A DNA stretch of 56,991 nucleotides from a virus. Taxonomy: Duplodnaviria; Caudoviricetes. The translations under genes and the position numbers were made by a program. Where the stretch lies: positions 1 through 56,991 of IMG/VR virus record IMGVR_UViG_3300025098_000048, one strand, 5' to 3'. The notes beneath the pieces are model-generated. The model ran no database searches, was not told where the DNA came from, and saw only the letters and a program-made list of their open reading frames with translations. Positions 18,440 through 28,563 of the stretch are shown here, one piece after another (the stretch's first letter is position 1; each line of letters opens with the position of its first letter).

Positions 18440-19942
18440 ATGTTACCTAACATTAACGAAAACGTAGATATTAACGATCTAACCCGTCTTAACGATGCAC
18501 TTAAAAAGAACAGTGAAGTTGGTTATCAAACCCAAGCTGGCACTGCAGGCTTTAATGCTATCGTTCCACAATCAATCGAAGGAACTCTTGCTTCTGCTAC
18601 TCATAGCATGCAAGATTTGGCTCTTTGGCCGATGCTTCCTAAGGTTCAAGTTTCTAATACACTACATGAATATGCAGTAATCAAAGAGCACGGTCAAGAT
18701 CTCGACCCCTTCATTTCAGAGGGTGGCGGAGCTCAAAGTGATTTTGGTTCAACTGCTTCTGTTTATGAGCGTAAAAACGTAAAAATCAAGTATATGGCCG
18801 AAAGACGTCAGATTTCTGATGTTGCGACTCTTGTTGGTATTCTTGGAAGCAACCCAAATGGTTTAGCTGAAGAAACTGAAAGAGGAACAATGAGCCTCAT
18901 GCGCAAAGTTGAGCAACAGTTATTCTGGGGCGACGAAGAGCTTGATGCAGCAGGAAGCACTCCTTTCGACGGTATCTTAAAGCAAATTGAGCGTGCAGGT
19001 GGAGCAAGAACTGACGCAAACGGTGGGCAGGCTTTCTCTGAGAATACTGTTTCTAACGAAGGCGCTTCTCTCGACCCAACTAAACTTCACGACATTCTTG
19101 GTGAGCTTCACAGCGCACCTCGTTTTGGTCGTCCTGATACTGTTATGATGGAGCCTCGTTTATACAGCCAGCTTATCAAGCAATCAGTTCAAAACGGTCG
19201 TCATGATTCACTTCTTATGGTAGATCGTGGAGCTAACGGTGTTCAAACTCTTGGTGCTGGGCCAAAACTTCACATTATGGGACCCATGGGCCCAGTTCCT
19301 GTTGTTTCAGCTCCTTTCCTTAGCCGCCACTTCTCTGCAAGTGCTGCAGGTTCAGCCACAATCGGTGGTGCATTTACTCAGGTTCCTGTAGCTTCTGGCG
19401 CAGGCGTAGCTAAATGGGATCTTGCTGGTGGTGCAACTGATAATCATAATGGTTTCTTCCGTTATGTTGTAGTTCCAGTTAGCAAGCAAGGATACGGCGC
19501 ACCTATCGTTTCTGTAGCTTCTATCCAAGGTGATAGTGGTGCTCAAGCAGAGCCGATTAAGTTCCAAGTAAGTAATCCTAACGGAGCACATTACTATCGT
19601 ATCTATCGCCTCAAACCAGGATATAGCCAAGCAGCTGCTGACGCTCTTACTTCTGCTGAGGTTATTCGTGATAGTAAGCTTATTGCTGAGGTTCCTGCTG
19701 CAGAAATCGTTGGACGTGAGTTCGAGGATTATGGTATTGAGCGTTGGGGCCACGGACGTATCGTTTTCGCACAAATGGATCAAGGCGTTATCGAGTTTGC
19801 TCGTCTTCTCGATTTCCTTCGTCGTCCTTTGGCAGAAACCGGTTCAGCACGACAATTCCTATTGATGCTCTTCGGATCACCTGTAGTGAAAATTCCTTCT
19901 AAGTGCTTCACTCTTCGTGATGTTCCTTCAGTATTACTTTAA
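18440..19942 (+). CDS. major capsid protein
   Basis: IVPQSIEGTL, NTLHEY, FISEGG, KIKYMAERRQIS, EQQLFWGD, FDGILKQI resemble SPO1/Twort-type MCPs. Confidence 0.92.
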   Translation: MLPNINENVDINDLTRLNDALKKNSEVGYQTQAGTAGFNAIVPQSIEGTLASATHSMQDLALWPMLPKVQVSNTLHEYAVIKEHGQDLDPFISEGGGAQSDFGSTASVYERKNVKIKYMAERRQISDVATLVGILGSNPNGLAEETERGTMSLMRKVEQQLFWGDEELDAAGSTPFDGILKQIERAGGARTDANGGQAFSENTVSNEGASLDPTKLHDILGELHSAPRFGRPDTVMMEPRLYSQLIKQSVQNGRHDSLLMVDRGANGVQTLGAGPKLHIMGPMGPVPVVSAPFLSRHFSASAAGSATIGGAFTQVPVASGAGVAKWDLAGGATDNHNGFFRYVVVPVSKQGYGAPIVSVASIQGDSGAQAEPIKFQVSNPNGAHYYRIYRLKPGYSQAAADALTSAEVIRDSKLIAEVPAAEIVGREFEDYGIERWGHGRIVFAQMDQGVIEFARLLDFLRRPLAETGSARQFLLMLFGSPVVKIPSKCFTLRDVPSVLL

Positions 19943-20021
19943 GCCTTAGCTTTTAGTTTATTGAAATACTTCTGAGGGGAGTATTTATATACAGTTCATT
20001 TTTTCGAGTTTTAAACTCGCT

Positions 20022-20070
20022 GAAGCCTTTAGTTTGCCCTCTCTCAATAGCTTGCTAAAGGCTTCTTTTT
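20022..20070 (+). terminator. intrinsic terminator after capsid gene
   Basis: GAAGCCTTTAG...CTAAAGGCTTC then T5. Confidence 0.75.
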
Positions 20071-20181
20071 AGGCATCAAATAAAACACGAGGTTAAACAC
20101 AGTTAAAATAAAACTTTATACTTGTTTAAACCTAAATAAAACTTACAAAAGTTCAAACAGATTAAAACAGGAGATACAAAG

Positions 20182-21186
20182 ATGGCAGCATTTGGTATTC
20201 GCGACATCATAACACCACAATATCTGAAAGATACATTACTGTTTGGCATTGATTTAACAGATGATTCAGGTAATGATTATCCAGACGATTTGTTTGAAGC
20301 CTGTATCGACCAATCTGTTTCTGTTATTGAGAATGAGTTAGGTATCACTATTGATGAATATTCAAATAAGGGTGAGCGACACGATGGTTATAGTGGAAAC
20401 AAATATAGTTTTTGGGGCTCACAATTAGATTATAGGCCTGTTAAAAGCGTTGATAAAGTAGAAATAACATATGGAAACTATCCATCAACATCAATACCTT
20501 TAGCTTGGGTGAATATATCTTCACCAGAAGCAGGTTCAATTCATTTAATACCCACTTCAGAAACATTAGGCACATTTACTTTCAGTAATAGCTTACCACT
20601 TTTAACAGATCCGATTACAGCTTTTAGAGCATATGAAAGAGTTCCTGCATATTTCAACTATGATTATACAGCAGGATTTAACTTTATAGAACAAACAATA
20701 ACTATACCTCAAAACTCAACTGAAGTATTGGATATAGCAATAGGTGAAAACTTAATAGCTAAACCTAACTTTGTTTTTGAAATAGTTGATGATGGAAATG
20801 GAAACATTGCGGGTGCAGCTGTTCCTAAAATAAAATCTTTCAATGCACACGAAGATAAATACTCAATAAAAATATCTATTACTCCTACAGTTGGAGATGC
20901 AGTTATTAAAGTTAAACTACATACAGTTCCTCAAGCAATGGTTAAAGCAATATCCTATATGGCTGCAATGCTTCCTCTTGATACTGCAGGTGATTTAGCT
21001 CTTTCTGCAGGTGTTGGAGCTTTTGCATTAGAGGTTGATGGATTAAAACAAAACATACAATCTACAGCATCAGCAACATCAGCAGCTTACGGTGCAAGAA
21101 TGTTAAGTTATAGAAGGCAGTTAAAAGATGCAGTTTCTATAATCAAAGCAAGATATAAAATCGCTGGCTTAGCTATAGGATTTTAA
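20182..21186 (+). CDS. head-tail adaptor / neck protein
   Basis: position after MCP; VSVIENELGITI, YDYTAGF, VDGLKQNIQSTASATSAAYGAR. Confidence 0.75.
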   Translation: MAAFGIRDIITPQYLKDTLLFGIDLTDDSGNDYPDDLFEACIDQSVSVIENELGITIDEYSNKGERHDGYSGNKYSFWGSQLDYRPVKSVDKVEITYGNYPSTSIPLAWVNISSPEAGSIHLIPTSETLGTFTFSNSLPLLTDPITAFRAYERVPAYFNYDYTAGFNFIEQTITIPQNSTEVLDIAIGENLIAKPNFVFEIVDDGNGNIAGAAVPKIKSFNAHEDKYSIKISITPTVGDAVIKVKLHTVPQAMVKAISYMAAMLPLDTAGDLALSAGVGAFALEVDGLKQNIQSTASATSAAYGARMLSYRRQLKDAVSIIKARYKIAGLAIGF

Positions 21187-21188
21187 AA

Positions 21189-22037
21189 ATGGCTATACTT
21201 ACACCAAAATCACAAAGCCTTACTAAAGCACGTTCTGATTTTATGTCGGAAGAGTTTAGAAGGTTTCACGCACAAAAAGGTATTGATGTGGAGTGGGAGC
21301 AAACTGCTAAATGCCCATCACGCGTAAATACTAATGATTATGGTTTAGATTTGAAAATGACGACAGGTTTATCTGATGATTTTTCTGATGAAGGAAACAT
21401 TTCAGATTCACATCCCTCAACTTGCCCAGTATGTGGTGGTAGCGGTATTATTCGTCATTCAAAACAATCGATTAAAGCTATAGTTACAAATGCTGCAGGT
21501 GAAGAAAAAACAGATATTAAAGGCACAACAAGATATGATGAAGTTAAACTATCATTATTACCAGAGCATTTACCTGCATACGGTGATAGATTTAGATTAA
21601 AAAACTCTCATATAGTGCAAAACGAAATATTAAAACGAGGCTCAACAACTTCAACAGTTGCTGGGTTAGATAAAACATCACATATACTTTCACAAAGAAC
21701 ATTAAAGCTTGCTGCAGGTGATATACAAAGAGGAACTTTATACCTTCATAAAACAGATGCATCAGGATTAGCTGTTGTAAATGGTAGTTTAGAAGAAGGT
21801 GTAGATTACGAAATAACACTTAACGGTGATGATTTATATATTGATTTTACTTTAGGTGATGCATTAGCATCTGCACCTTTAGATGGCCAATATTATACAA
21901 TAGTTTATTACGCAAACCCAATCTATGTTGTTTCTTCGTATCCACACTCACTGCGTGATACTGTTATTAGAGAAAAAGGTGTAGAAACACCAACTCCAAT
22001 GATAGTTCAAGCGTATGCAAAACTGGAGATACTATAA
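21189..22037 (+). CDS. neck / head-closure protein
   Basis: VEWEQTAKCP...CPVCGGSG as in Twort-like neck genes. Confidence 0.7.
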   Translation: MAILTPKSQSLTKARSDFMSEEFRRFHAQKGIDVEWEQTAKCPSRVNTNDYGLDLKMTTGLSDDFSDEGNISDSHPSTCPVCGGSGIIRHSKQSIKAIVTNAAGEEKTDIKGTTRYDEVKLSLLPEHLPAYGDRFRLKNSHIVQNEILKRGSTTSTVAGLDKTSHILSQRTLKLAAGDIQRGTLYLHKTDASGLAVVNGSLEEGVDYEITLNGDDLYIDFTLGDALASAPLDGQYYTIVYYANPIYVVSSYPHSLRDTVIREKGVETPTPMIVQAYAKLEIL

Positions 22038-22657
22038 TGATTGATTTACATATTCTGCATGCTATTTCTAATGGCATTAAAGCTTATCAAGGTAATCAAG
22101 CAGCATTTGAAGGTTTGTTTCCTGAGTTAGGGCAAAATCTTCGAACTAAATACTGGAACAAGTTTTCTGTATCCGATGTTTCTTTTACAAAAGGCTTTTC
22201 AAGAAAGATAGAAAAAACTCCAGCCATTTCAGTTGCTTACGAAGAAGCTTCTTCTATGAATGAGCAATTATTATCAAATGGCGGAAGAAATAAACAACTG
22301 TTTTTATCCCTTGAAAGCAGAATAAAAATATGTGATAAAGATTATGATTTAACCAGAATATTACATAGAGTTATTCAGAGTGTTTTATTACTTTTTAAAA
22401 ATGGCTTCTTACAAAATGGTTATCTTAACTTTGATTTTGTATCATCAGAAGCTTTAGAAAACGATGAAGGTTATACAAGCTCAGATGAGATATATTATGC
22501 TCGTGAGCTATCTTATAACGCACAGAGAATCTTAGAAGTTCAGCCTTTCAGCGACGAAGTTGAAGTATTCTGGCAACTCAACTTAAATATACCTTTTGAT
22601 TATAATGATGCTGATAGTATTGTTGAAAATGTTTTAGCTGTTCCTTCAACAGAATAG
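22037..22657 (+). CDS. putative tail completion protein
   Basis: coupled to previous gene, immediately before sheath. Confidence 0.55.
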   Translation: MIDLHILHAISNGIKAYQGNQAAFEGLFPELGQNLRTKYWNKFSVSDVSFTKGFSRKIEKTPAISVAYEEASSMNEQLLSNGGRNKQLFLSLESRIKICDKDYDLTRILHRVIQSVLLLFKNGFLQNGYLNFDFVSSEALENDEGYTSSDEIYYARELSYNAQRILEVQPFSDEVEVFWQLNLNIPFDYNDADSIVENVLAVPSTE

Positions 22658-22739
22658 TTAAACAAAAGTTAAATATTAATGCTGTTAGTGATATATAATA
22701 AAGGATAAACATCCAATTTCGAAATAGGAGATAACAATT

Positions 22740-24725
22740 ATGCCAAGTTCAATAAGTTTTAGAGGGAGAAATCTTTACCTTCCCTCTGTTGTTGTCGATA
22801 TAAACAATCAGCTTTTAGCATCAGAAAGTTTAGATGCTAAGAATATGTGCGTTATCGGCCACTTTCCAAAGCTCAAACCAAAAACCGCAAATGTTTTTAG
22901 AAACGGTAGCGGCCCAACGGTTCCTGAGCTTTACCCCACAGATTATGAAATGCTTTTACTTAATAAAATGTTTCAATCACCAATCGTGGATAGCTCAGCA
23001 GCTGCAGCGTCTTTAACATATGTAAATGCAGGAAGTGAAACTATTGCTTCAAATTACATTAACGGACGACACCTTGATGGTGTAAATGCAATCGTTGGAG
23101 AAACTATCGTTGGTGCAAACCCAGGTGCTAATGAATCAGTAATGAATGCAATCAAACTTGAATCACTAACATATGGTGCTGAAGGTAATAATATTCGTTT
23201 TAAATCTTCAGTTGATTCAACAGATTTAGATGCATTTTATAAACTAAATACCCTTTATGGAGCAGATGCCGCAGAAGAAGCAACAGGTGCTCAAGAACAA
23301 TTTAACATCACACCCAAAGCAAATAAAAAATTCAAGATGTGGATTACTGGTGGTGAGCGATATAATAGAGGTGCAGGCGCAGCTCAAGTTGATGAAGGAA
23401 CAGAAAATGCTCGTTATTTAAACATTGAGCTTTATGCTGATGGATATGATGATAGTGGTAATGGAAGTGCTATCTTTGCAACACAAAGCGTTGATCTATC
23501 AGGTGATTTTGCTGCAGACGTTGTTGCAATAAATACTGATAAAGCTACAGATACAGCTGCTGCTCTGGCAACAGTTCAATACGAGCTAACAGATTATGCA
23601 TCATACGACGCTTTAGCACAAGGATTAACAAACGCAGTTATTTCAAATAGTGGCGTTGATTATCCTCTTAACACATATTTTGATATTCAAGCTATTAACT
23701 ATGATGCAGGTGCTGCACCTAAAAACTTAGATGCTGTGTATCTTGAACAAGATGCTTCAGGCGATGCTAAAATGTATTTTACTGCTCACGTTGCTGAGTT
23801 TGAAAGATATATCAAAGTTTTAGCATCTGCAAACTTCTATCCTGTTGATGCTAAAATAGTTGGTTGGCCTATCGTTTTAGAAAACATGGCTGAGTTTAGA
23901 GATTTAACAGGCGGAGCAACTGTTGCTCCTACAGATTCAGATTTTGAAGCTGCTTTAGATGCTATGAGAACAAAAGATATTCAGCTCATCACTTGTTTAA
24001 CAACTGATACTGATACGACTAAAGCATTGAGCTTACACTTAGACGAAGTATTAGCTTACAGCCGTGATAGGCAAGGTTATGCTGGAGCTCCTGCAGGAAG
24101 CACAATCGACCAAGCATATGGAACTGTTGTTTCACAGTTTGCTAATAAGCATATGGCAGTTTGCAACCAAAGTATGAGCGTTCAAAATCATAACGGTGAT
24201 GTTGTTGATTTAGGGCCTGAGTATTTTGCATTCCTTATGATGTGTATGCAAGGCGCAATTCCTTACTCACAACCTCTAACAGGTTTGAAACCTAACCTTA
24301 TCAGCACAGAAGAAAACTTCAATAGAGAGCTTGATGTAGATAAACTAATCAGAAAATGCCAGTTAGGTGTTTATTTAGCTTTTGATAATGCATTGAAAGT
24401 TGCAAGAGGAGTTTCTTCTTATAATAAAGATAACGAAACTATTAACTGTGAAATGAGTGCTCGTGAGAGTATCTTAGGTGCAGCACGTTTCTTAAGAAGC
24501 ATCTTAACAAAAGAACTTGGCTCAAAAGTTTTGGCAGGTTCAACTGGTAGAATCATTAACTTGGTTAATACAAGATGCAAAAGATTAAAAGATGAAGGTA
24601 TTATTAAAAACTTCAGAAACATTAAGGTTAATATTGTAGATGATACAGCTTTTATAACCTTAGATTTAGCTGTTGTTAAACCTTTAAACTTTGTTGAATT
24701 TACAATGAACATTAGTGATTTTTAA
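22740..24725 (+). CDS. tail sheath protein
   Basis: N-terminal ISFRGRNLYLPSV; C-terminal EGIIKNFRNIKVNIVDD..LAVVKPLNFV. Confidence 0.9.
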   Translation: MPSSISFRGRNLYLPSVVVDINNQLLASESLDAKNMCVIGHFPKLKPKTANVFRNGSGPTVPELYPTDYEMLLLNKMFQSPIVDSSAAAASLTYVNAGSETIASNYINGRHLDGVNAIVGETIVGANPGANESVMNAIKLESLTYGAEGNNIRFKSSVDSTDLDAFYKLNTLYGADAAEEATGAQEQFNITPKANKKFKMWITGGERYNRGAGAAQVDEGTENARYLNIELYADGYDDSGNGSAIFATQSVDLSGDFAADVVAINTDKATDTAAALATVQYELTDYASYDALAQGLTNAVISNSGVDYPLNTYFDIQAINYDAGAAPKNLDAVYLEQDASGDAKMYFTAHVAEFERYIKVLASANFYPVDAKIVGWPIVLENMAEFRDLTGGATVAPTDSDFEAALDAMRTKDIQLITCLTTDTDTTKALSLHLDEVLAYSRDRQGYAGAPAGSTIDQAYGTVVSQFANKHMAVCNQSMSVQNHNGDVVDLGPEYFAFLMMCMQGAIPYSQPLTGLKPNLISTEENFNRELDVDKLIRKCQLGVYLAFDNALKVARGVSSYNKDNETINCEMSARESILGAARFLRSILTKELGSKVLAGSTGRIINLVNTRCKRLKDEGIIKNFRNIKVNIVDDTAFITLDLAVVKPLNFVEFTMNISDF

Positions 24726-24741
24726 GAAAGGATAAAATAAA

Positions 24742-25332
24742 ATGGCTAACAATCCAAAAAATATAATAACGGGTGCCAAAGCTATCGTTAAAATCGACGG
24801 CAAAGTCGCTGGTTATGCTACCGGTGTTTCTATTTCTGAAAACACTTTAAATGGTCGCGTTGAGAGTTTAGGCTTTATTGATACAAGAGAGCTTACACCA
24901 ATATCACGCCAAGTATCTGCTTCAATAAACCTTATCAGAATATTCCAAAGCACAACTGCTAATGGATTAAATGATGAGGAAGTTGATGAAGCAGGTGATG
25001 CTTTGGGGCAAAGAACTTACGGCAAAGGTATGATAAATACTGAGATATCTTCAGATGGATCTACAGAGATAGGTGAAGACGATAGAACTGATAATATGTT
25101 TAGAGGTGGTGGTATTTCTTTTGATTTAGAAATATGGGATAGCGCTCCTGGAACTGCTCCAGCTGGCAATACTTCTTCTGAAAATAGAATATATACTCTC
25201 AAAGGATGCAAAGTTGCTTCACACAATATTGTTGTTGATAGAACTTCTCTAATGGGCGTTCAGATATTCGTTGAAGGTTTATATCTAATACGACATTTCC
25301 CAGCAGCACTCGTTTCTGTTGCAGATGATTGA
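24742..25332 (+). CDS. tail tube protein
   Basis: follows sheath; ITGAKAIVKIDGKVAGYATGVS...VESLGFIDTRELTP. Confidence 0.85.
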   Translation: MANNPKNIITGAKAIVKIDGKVAGYATGVSISENTLNGRVESLGFIDTRELTPISRQVSASINLIRIFQSTTANGLNDEEVDEAGDALGQRTYGKGMINTEISSDGSTEIGEDDRTDNMFRGGGISFDLEIWDSAPGTAPAGNTSSENRIYTLKGCKVASHNIVVDRTSLMGVQIFVEGLYLIRHFPAALVSVADD

Positions 25333-25472
25333 TACGTATATCCAGTTTTAACTCTGTTAAATCTGCTGGGTTTATTTGAATATATACCTATTTAACAAAA
25401 AAAAGTTTATCCTACTTAAACGTCATTAATGTTTAGTTTATCAAGATACTAATCTTTAATAATGTTATGAAA

Positions 25473-25507
25473 GTGCCGTTGTTGTAAAAACTTCGGCATT
25501 TTTTTTT
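25473..25507 (+). terminator. intrinsic terminator
   Basis: GTGCCG...CGGCAT then T tract. Confidence 0.6.
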
Positions 25508-25580
25508 ATTTAAAGAATAAACTTGCTATAATGGTTGATATATACTATTAATAGAACAAAAAATACGAGAGAGGTATTGT

Positions 25581-26087
25581 ATGAGTAATTTAAACTTGGT
25601 TGATTTAAAAAAGAAGGCAGAAGACGCTTCAGTTGTTGATGTTAGAGATGTTGGCAAAGAGAAAGAAGCTGCTAAAGAAGTTGCACAAAAGATTAAGAAA
25701 GAGTATGTTGATAGAGAACTTAAGTTTGAAATATCATACGAAACTGAAAAGGGTTTGAAGAAAGCCACATTGTGCTCTGCCATTTTAGATAGCGAAGGAA
25801 GATTACGACAAGATAAAATTCTTATGCGACTATGTGATGGTTATGCATATGATGATTATCCTGTTGATACAAAAACACGTTATCAGTGTGTAGCAAGAAT
25901 TGTTTCACAGTTAAAAGATCCACCTGAGTGGGTTTTAGAAGTTGTAGGTTCTGATTTAGAGTTTTGTTATCATTTGGCCACGAGGTTAGTTGAGCACGAA
26001 ACCCGATACTTTCGAAACAGCAGTGATGAGAGTAGCGGAGAGAAGAAACCACAACGCTTTTCCATTGATTTTCCAGCGCTTAGCTAA
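25581..26087 (+). CDS. tail assembly chaperone (G-like)
   Basis: between tube and tape-measure position; DPPEW...HETRYFR. Confidence 0.75.
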   Translation: MSNLNLVDLKKKAEDASVVDVRDVGKEKEAAKEVAQKIKKEYVDRELKFEISYETEKGLKKATLCSAILDSEGRLRQDKILMRLCDGYAYDDYPVDTKTRYQCVARIVSQLKDPPEWVLEVVGSDLEFCYHLATRLVEHETRYFRNSSDESSGEKKPQRFSIDFPALS

Positions 26088-26337
26088 ATTACAGCTTCCA
26101 AACATAAATATCTTTAATGATGATGATTTATATTGCTGGGAGAATGTTGAGTTTTCATTGATGGCAATGCCTGATGATATATTTCAAGAGATGTATCAGC
26201 GACACTGGGAAGATCAGAACAACAAAAAGTTTGTTGAATCAATCGGCGACCCAATAATAGATGAAATAGAACAAGCATTCGTTAATGGTGGAAATCCAGA
26301 AGAAGCAATGCAACAATTCTTCTCAAAATATACTTAA
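26011..26337 (+). CDS. tail assembly chaperone T-like segment, probably reached by +1 frameshift
   Basis: overlapping +1 frame ORF 25990..26337; in-frame TTT CGA at 26010-26015. Confidence 0.6.
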   Translation, partial: FETAVMRVAERRNHNAFPLIFQRLAKLQLPNINIFNDDDLYCWENVEFSLMAMPDDIFQEMYQRHWEDQNNKKFVESIGDPIIDEIEQAFVNGGNPEEAMQQFFSKYT

Positions 26338-26355
26338 ACAAATAGGAGATATTTT

Positions 26356-28563
26356 ATGCGACCAATACAAGGCACACCTTTCAGCGGAGGCTCCCCGATG
26401 GCTTCATCACCCGGAGCAAGAGCAATGGGTAAAGGTTTCGGAACATCAGCAATGAGTGGTGGTATGGGAGGTTTTTCAATGCCTCCTTTTGCTGCTGCAG
26501 GTATGATGGGTAAAAGTAGCCCTTTCGGTGGCGGTGGTTCTTCACCTTTTGGTGGTGGAGGCAAAGCCTTAGGTGATGGTATTAAAAAGCTTGTTTCAAG
26601 CAATAAAGATTTAATAGCAGCAATAAAAGATTTAACAAAGAGTATTCGAAGCTTAGAAAAAGGTGGAGGAATGGGCGGCGGTGCCGGTGGTGGTGCTGGT
26701 CGTATAGGCTTAGGTGGAGGAGGCTCTGATAACTTGAGCTCTCGTCTTCTCCAAAGAGCTGGCGGCGACACATCCCGGGTGAGCCAGGGCCTTGCTCAAG
26801 ATCGCTTGGCTGCTCTTCGTCAGCAAGGTGAGAATGCTGGACGAGGATTAAGCGGGCTACCCCAACAAGTATCAGGCGCAGCGCACGACCCTGCAAACAT
26901 AAATATGGGTGGAGGTGGAGGATTTGGAAACTTTGCAAGAGGTATTTTCGGTAGGGGTGCTTTATCTCCAACTGCTGGCATGCCATCAACCGTTCCTACA
27001 AGTGCTACTGGTTTGCCAGATGCGCCGTTTGATCCAAAAAATCCAGTGCATAGAAAATACGGCAGGGCTCAACAAGGTGTTCAGCAGGGAATAAATGATA
27101 GAAACTCAGCTGCTGCAAATTCACGTGGCGCACAGGCCGGCAGAATAGCACAAGCTGGATTTGGGCACTTATCAAATATGGGTTCAGGAACGAATATGGC
27201 TGAGATTGTTTCTCAGATACCATACGTTGGTGGTTTGCTTGCTGCTCCATTACAAGCATTAGCAGGACGTCAAAATATGGCTGCACAGATTGAAATGCCT
27301 TCTATGGTTTATTCAGGTGCTTCAACAGGTATGGCACAAGCTGGAAGCCCTATGGCGGCTAATGGAACGCTAATAAGCAATGCTGCTTCTAACTTAGGTA
27401 TGCAAGCTGGTGAAGCTTTAAATGCAGCAACACAAATAGTTCAGAGTGGTGGAACAAGAAGAAGAGTTTCAGCTGATGAACTAAGCAAAGCCGTTTCAAG
27501 CGGTTTAGGTTTTGGTTTGTATGGCCAAGCAGATGCTGGTATGCTAAGAGGTAGTGGCGTAAATGGATTAAGAGGATTTAGTGGGGATGATTTAAGAGGG
27601 CAAATGAATGCTCGAGGTTTAACAGGTGCAGGAGCAGCTAAGTATTTAGGATCAAGATTAGCTGTTGGTGAGCAATTCACAGCAATGGGTATAAGTTTAG
27701 GCAATGGAACTGATGCTCAGATAAACGGCCTTGAAAGTAGGGGTGGTCGAAGTTTCCAAGGTGATGCAGCAGCAAGTGCATATTCAAGAATAAGAATGAA
27801 AGGTGGCGTTCAAGCAGGCCAACAGTTAGGCAATACATTTTCAGGATTAGGTAATAACATACTAATGAGTGATGCTTTAGCTCAAACTGGCGGTGATTTT
27901 AAGAAGGCAAGAAGATTATTAGAAAGAATGGAGCCTTCTGTTATGAAAAACAAACTTCGTGAGCTATTAGGCGACGATGTTGGTGATATGGCAATGATGG
28001 GTATGGGATATACAACTGAAGAGATTGATGCTATCGGAACGGGAGGCGGGAAAACAACACCTCTAACAGGCGGTAAAAATGCAGGTGCTATTATAACTAA
28101 GGCAGATGCAGAAGCTAACTCAAGAAAACTAAAAGATACATACGATAATCAAGTAGAAAACATTAAGGCACTCATTAAAACAAATGAGAGAATCGAACAG
28201 AAACTACTTGATGGTTTAGATGTAAAAGATATGGAGGCTTTAATAGATACTATGTTAGGCCTTTCTGGCGTCATGAGAACAATAGCAACGGCAATACCTT
28301 TAGCGATTAAGAAATTTGCAGATATCTTTAGCGACGAAAGATTAAAAGAAAACATTAAACACATTGGCTATTCACCTTCAGGCTTAAAGGTATATACTTG
28401 GAAATATAAACATAATCCTTGTGCAACTTTTAGTGGTGTAATGGCGCAAGATTTATTAAAAACTAAACCTGAAGTATTATGTAAAGACGAGAGAGGTTTC
28501 TATATGGTAGATTACAGATTATTAGATGTTGAATGTAAAAACATAACGTTAGGAGCTTTCTAA
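26356..28563 (+). CDS. tape-measure-position protein with C-terminal Peptidase_S74-like autocleavage domain
   Basis: G/A/M-rich, follows chaperones; ends FSDERLKENIKHIG...YTWKY...GVMAQDL...VDY. Confidence 0.75.
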   Translation: MRPIQGTPFSGGSPMASSPGARAMGKGFGTSAMSGGMGGFSMPPFAAAGMMGKSSPFGGGGSSPFGGGGKALGDGIKKLVSSNKDLIAAIKDLTKSIRSLEKGGGMGGGAGGGAGRIGLGGGGSDNLSSRLLQRAGGDTSRVSQGLAQDRLAALRQQGENAGRGLSGLPQQVSGAAHDPANINMGGGGGFGNFARGIFGRGALSPTAGMPSTVPTSATGLPDAPFDPKNPVHRKYGRAQQGVQQGINDRNSAAANSRGAQAGRIAQAGFGHLSNMGSGTNMAEIVSQIPYVGGLLAAPLQALAGRQNMAAQIEMPSMVYSGASTGMAQAGSPMAANGTLISNAASNLGMQAGEALNAATQIVQSGGTRRRVSADELSKAVSSGLGFGLYGQADAGMLRGSGVNGLRGFSGDDLRGQMNARGLTGAGAAKYLGSRLAVGEQFTAMGISLGNGTDAQINGLESRGGRSFQGDAAASAYSRIRMKGGVQAGQQLGNTFSGLGNNILMSDALAQTGGDFKKARRLLERMEPSVMKNKLRELLGDDVGDMAMMGMGYTTEEIDAIGTGGGKTTPLTGGKNAGAIITKADAEANSRKLKDTYDNQVENIKALIKTNERIEQKLLDGLDVKDMEALIDTMLGLSGVMRTIATAIPLAIKKFADIFSDERLKENIKHIGYSPSGLKVYTWKYKHNPCATFSGVMAQDLLKTKPEVLCKDERGFYMVDYRLLDVECKNITLGAF

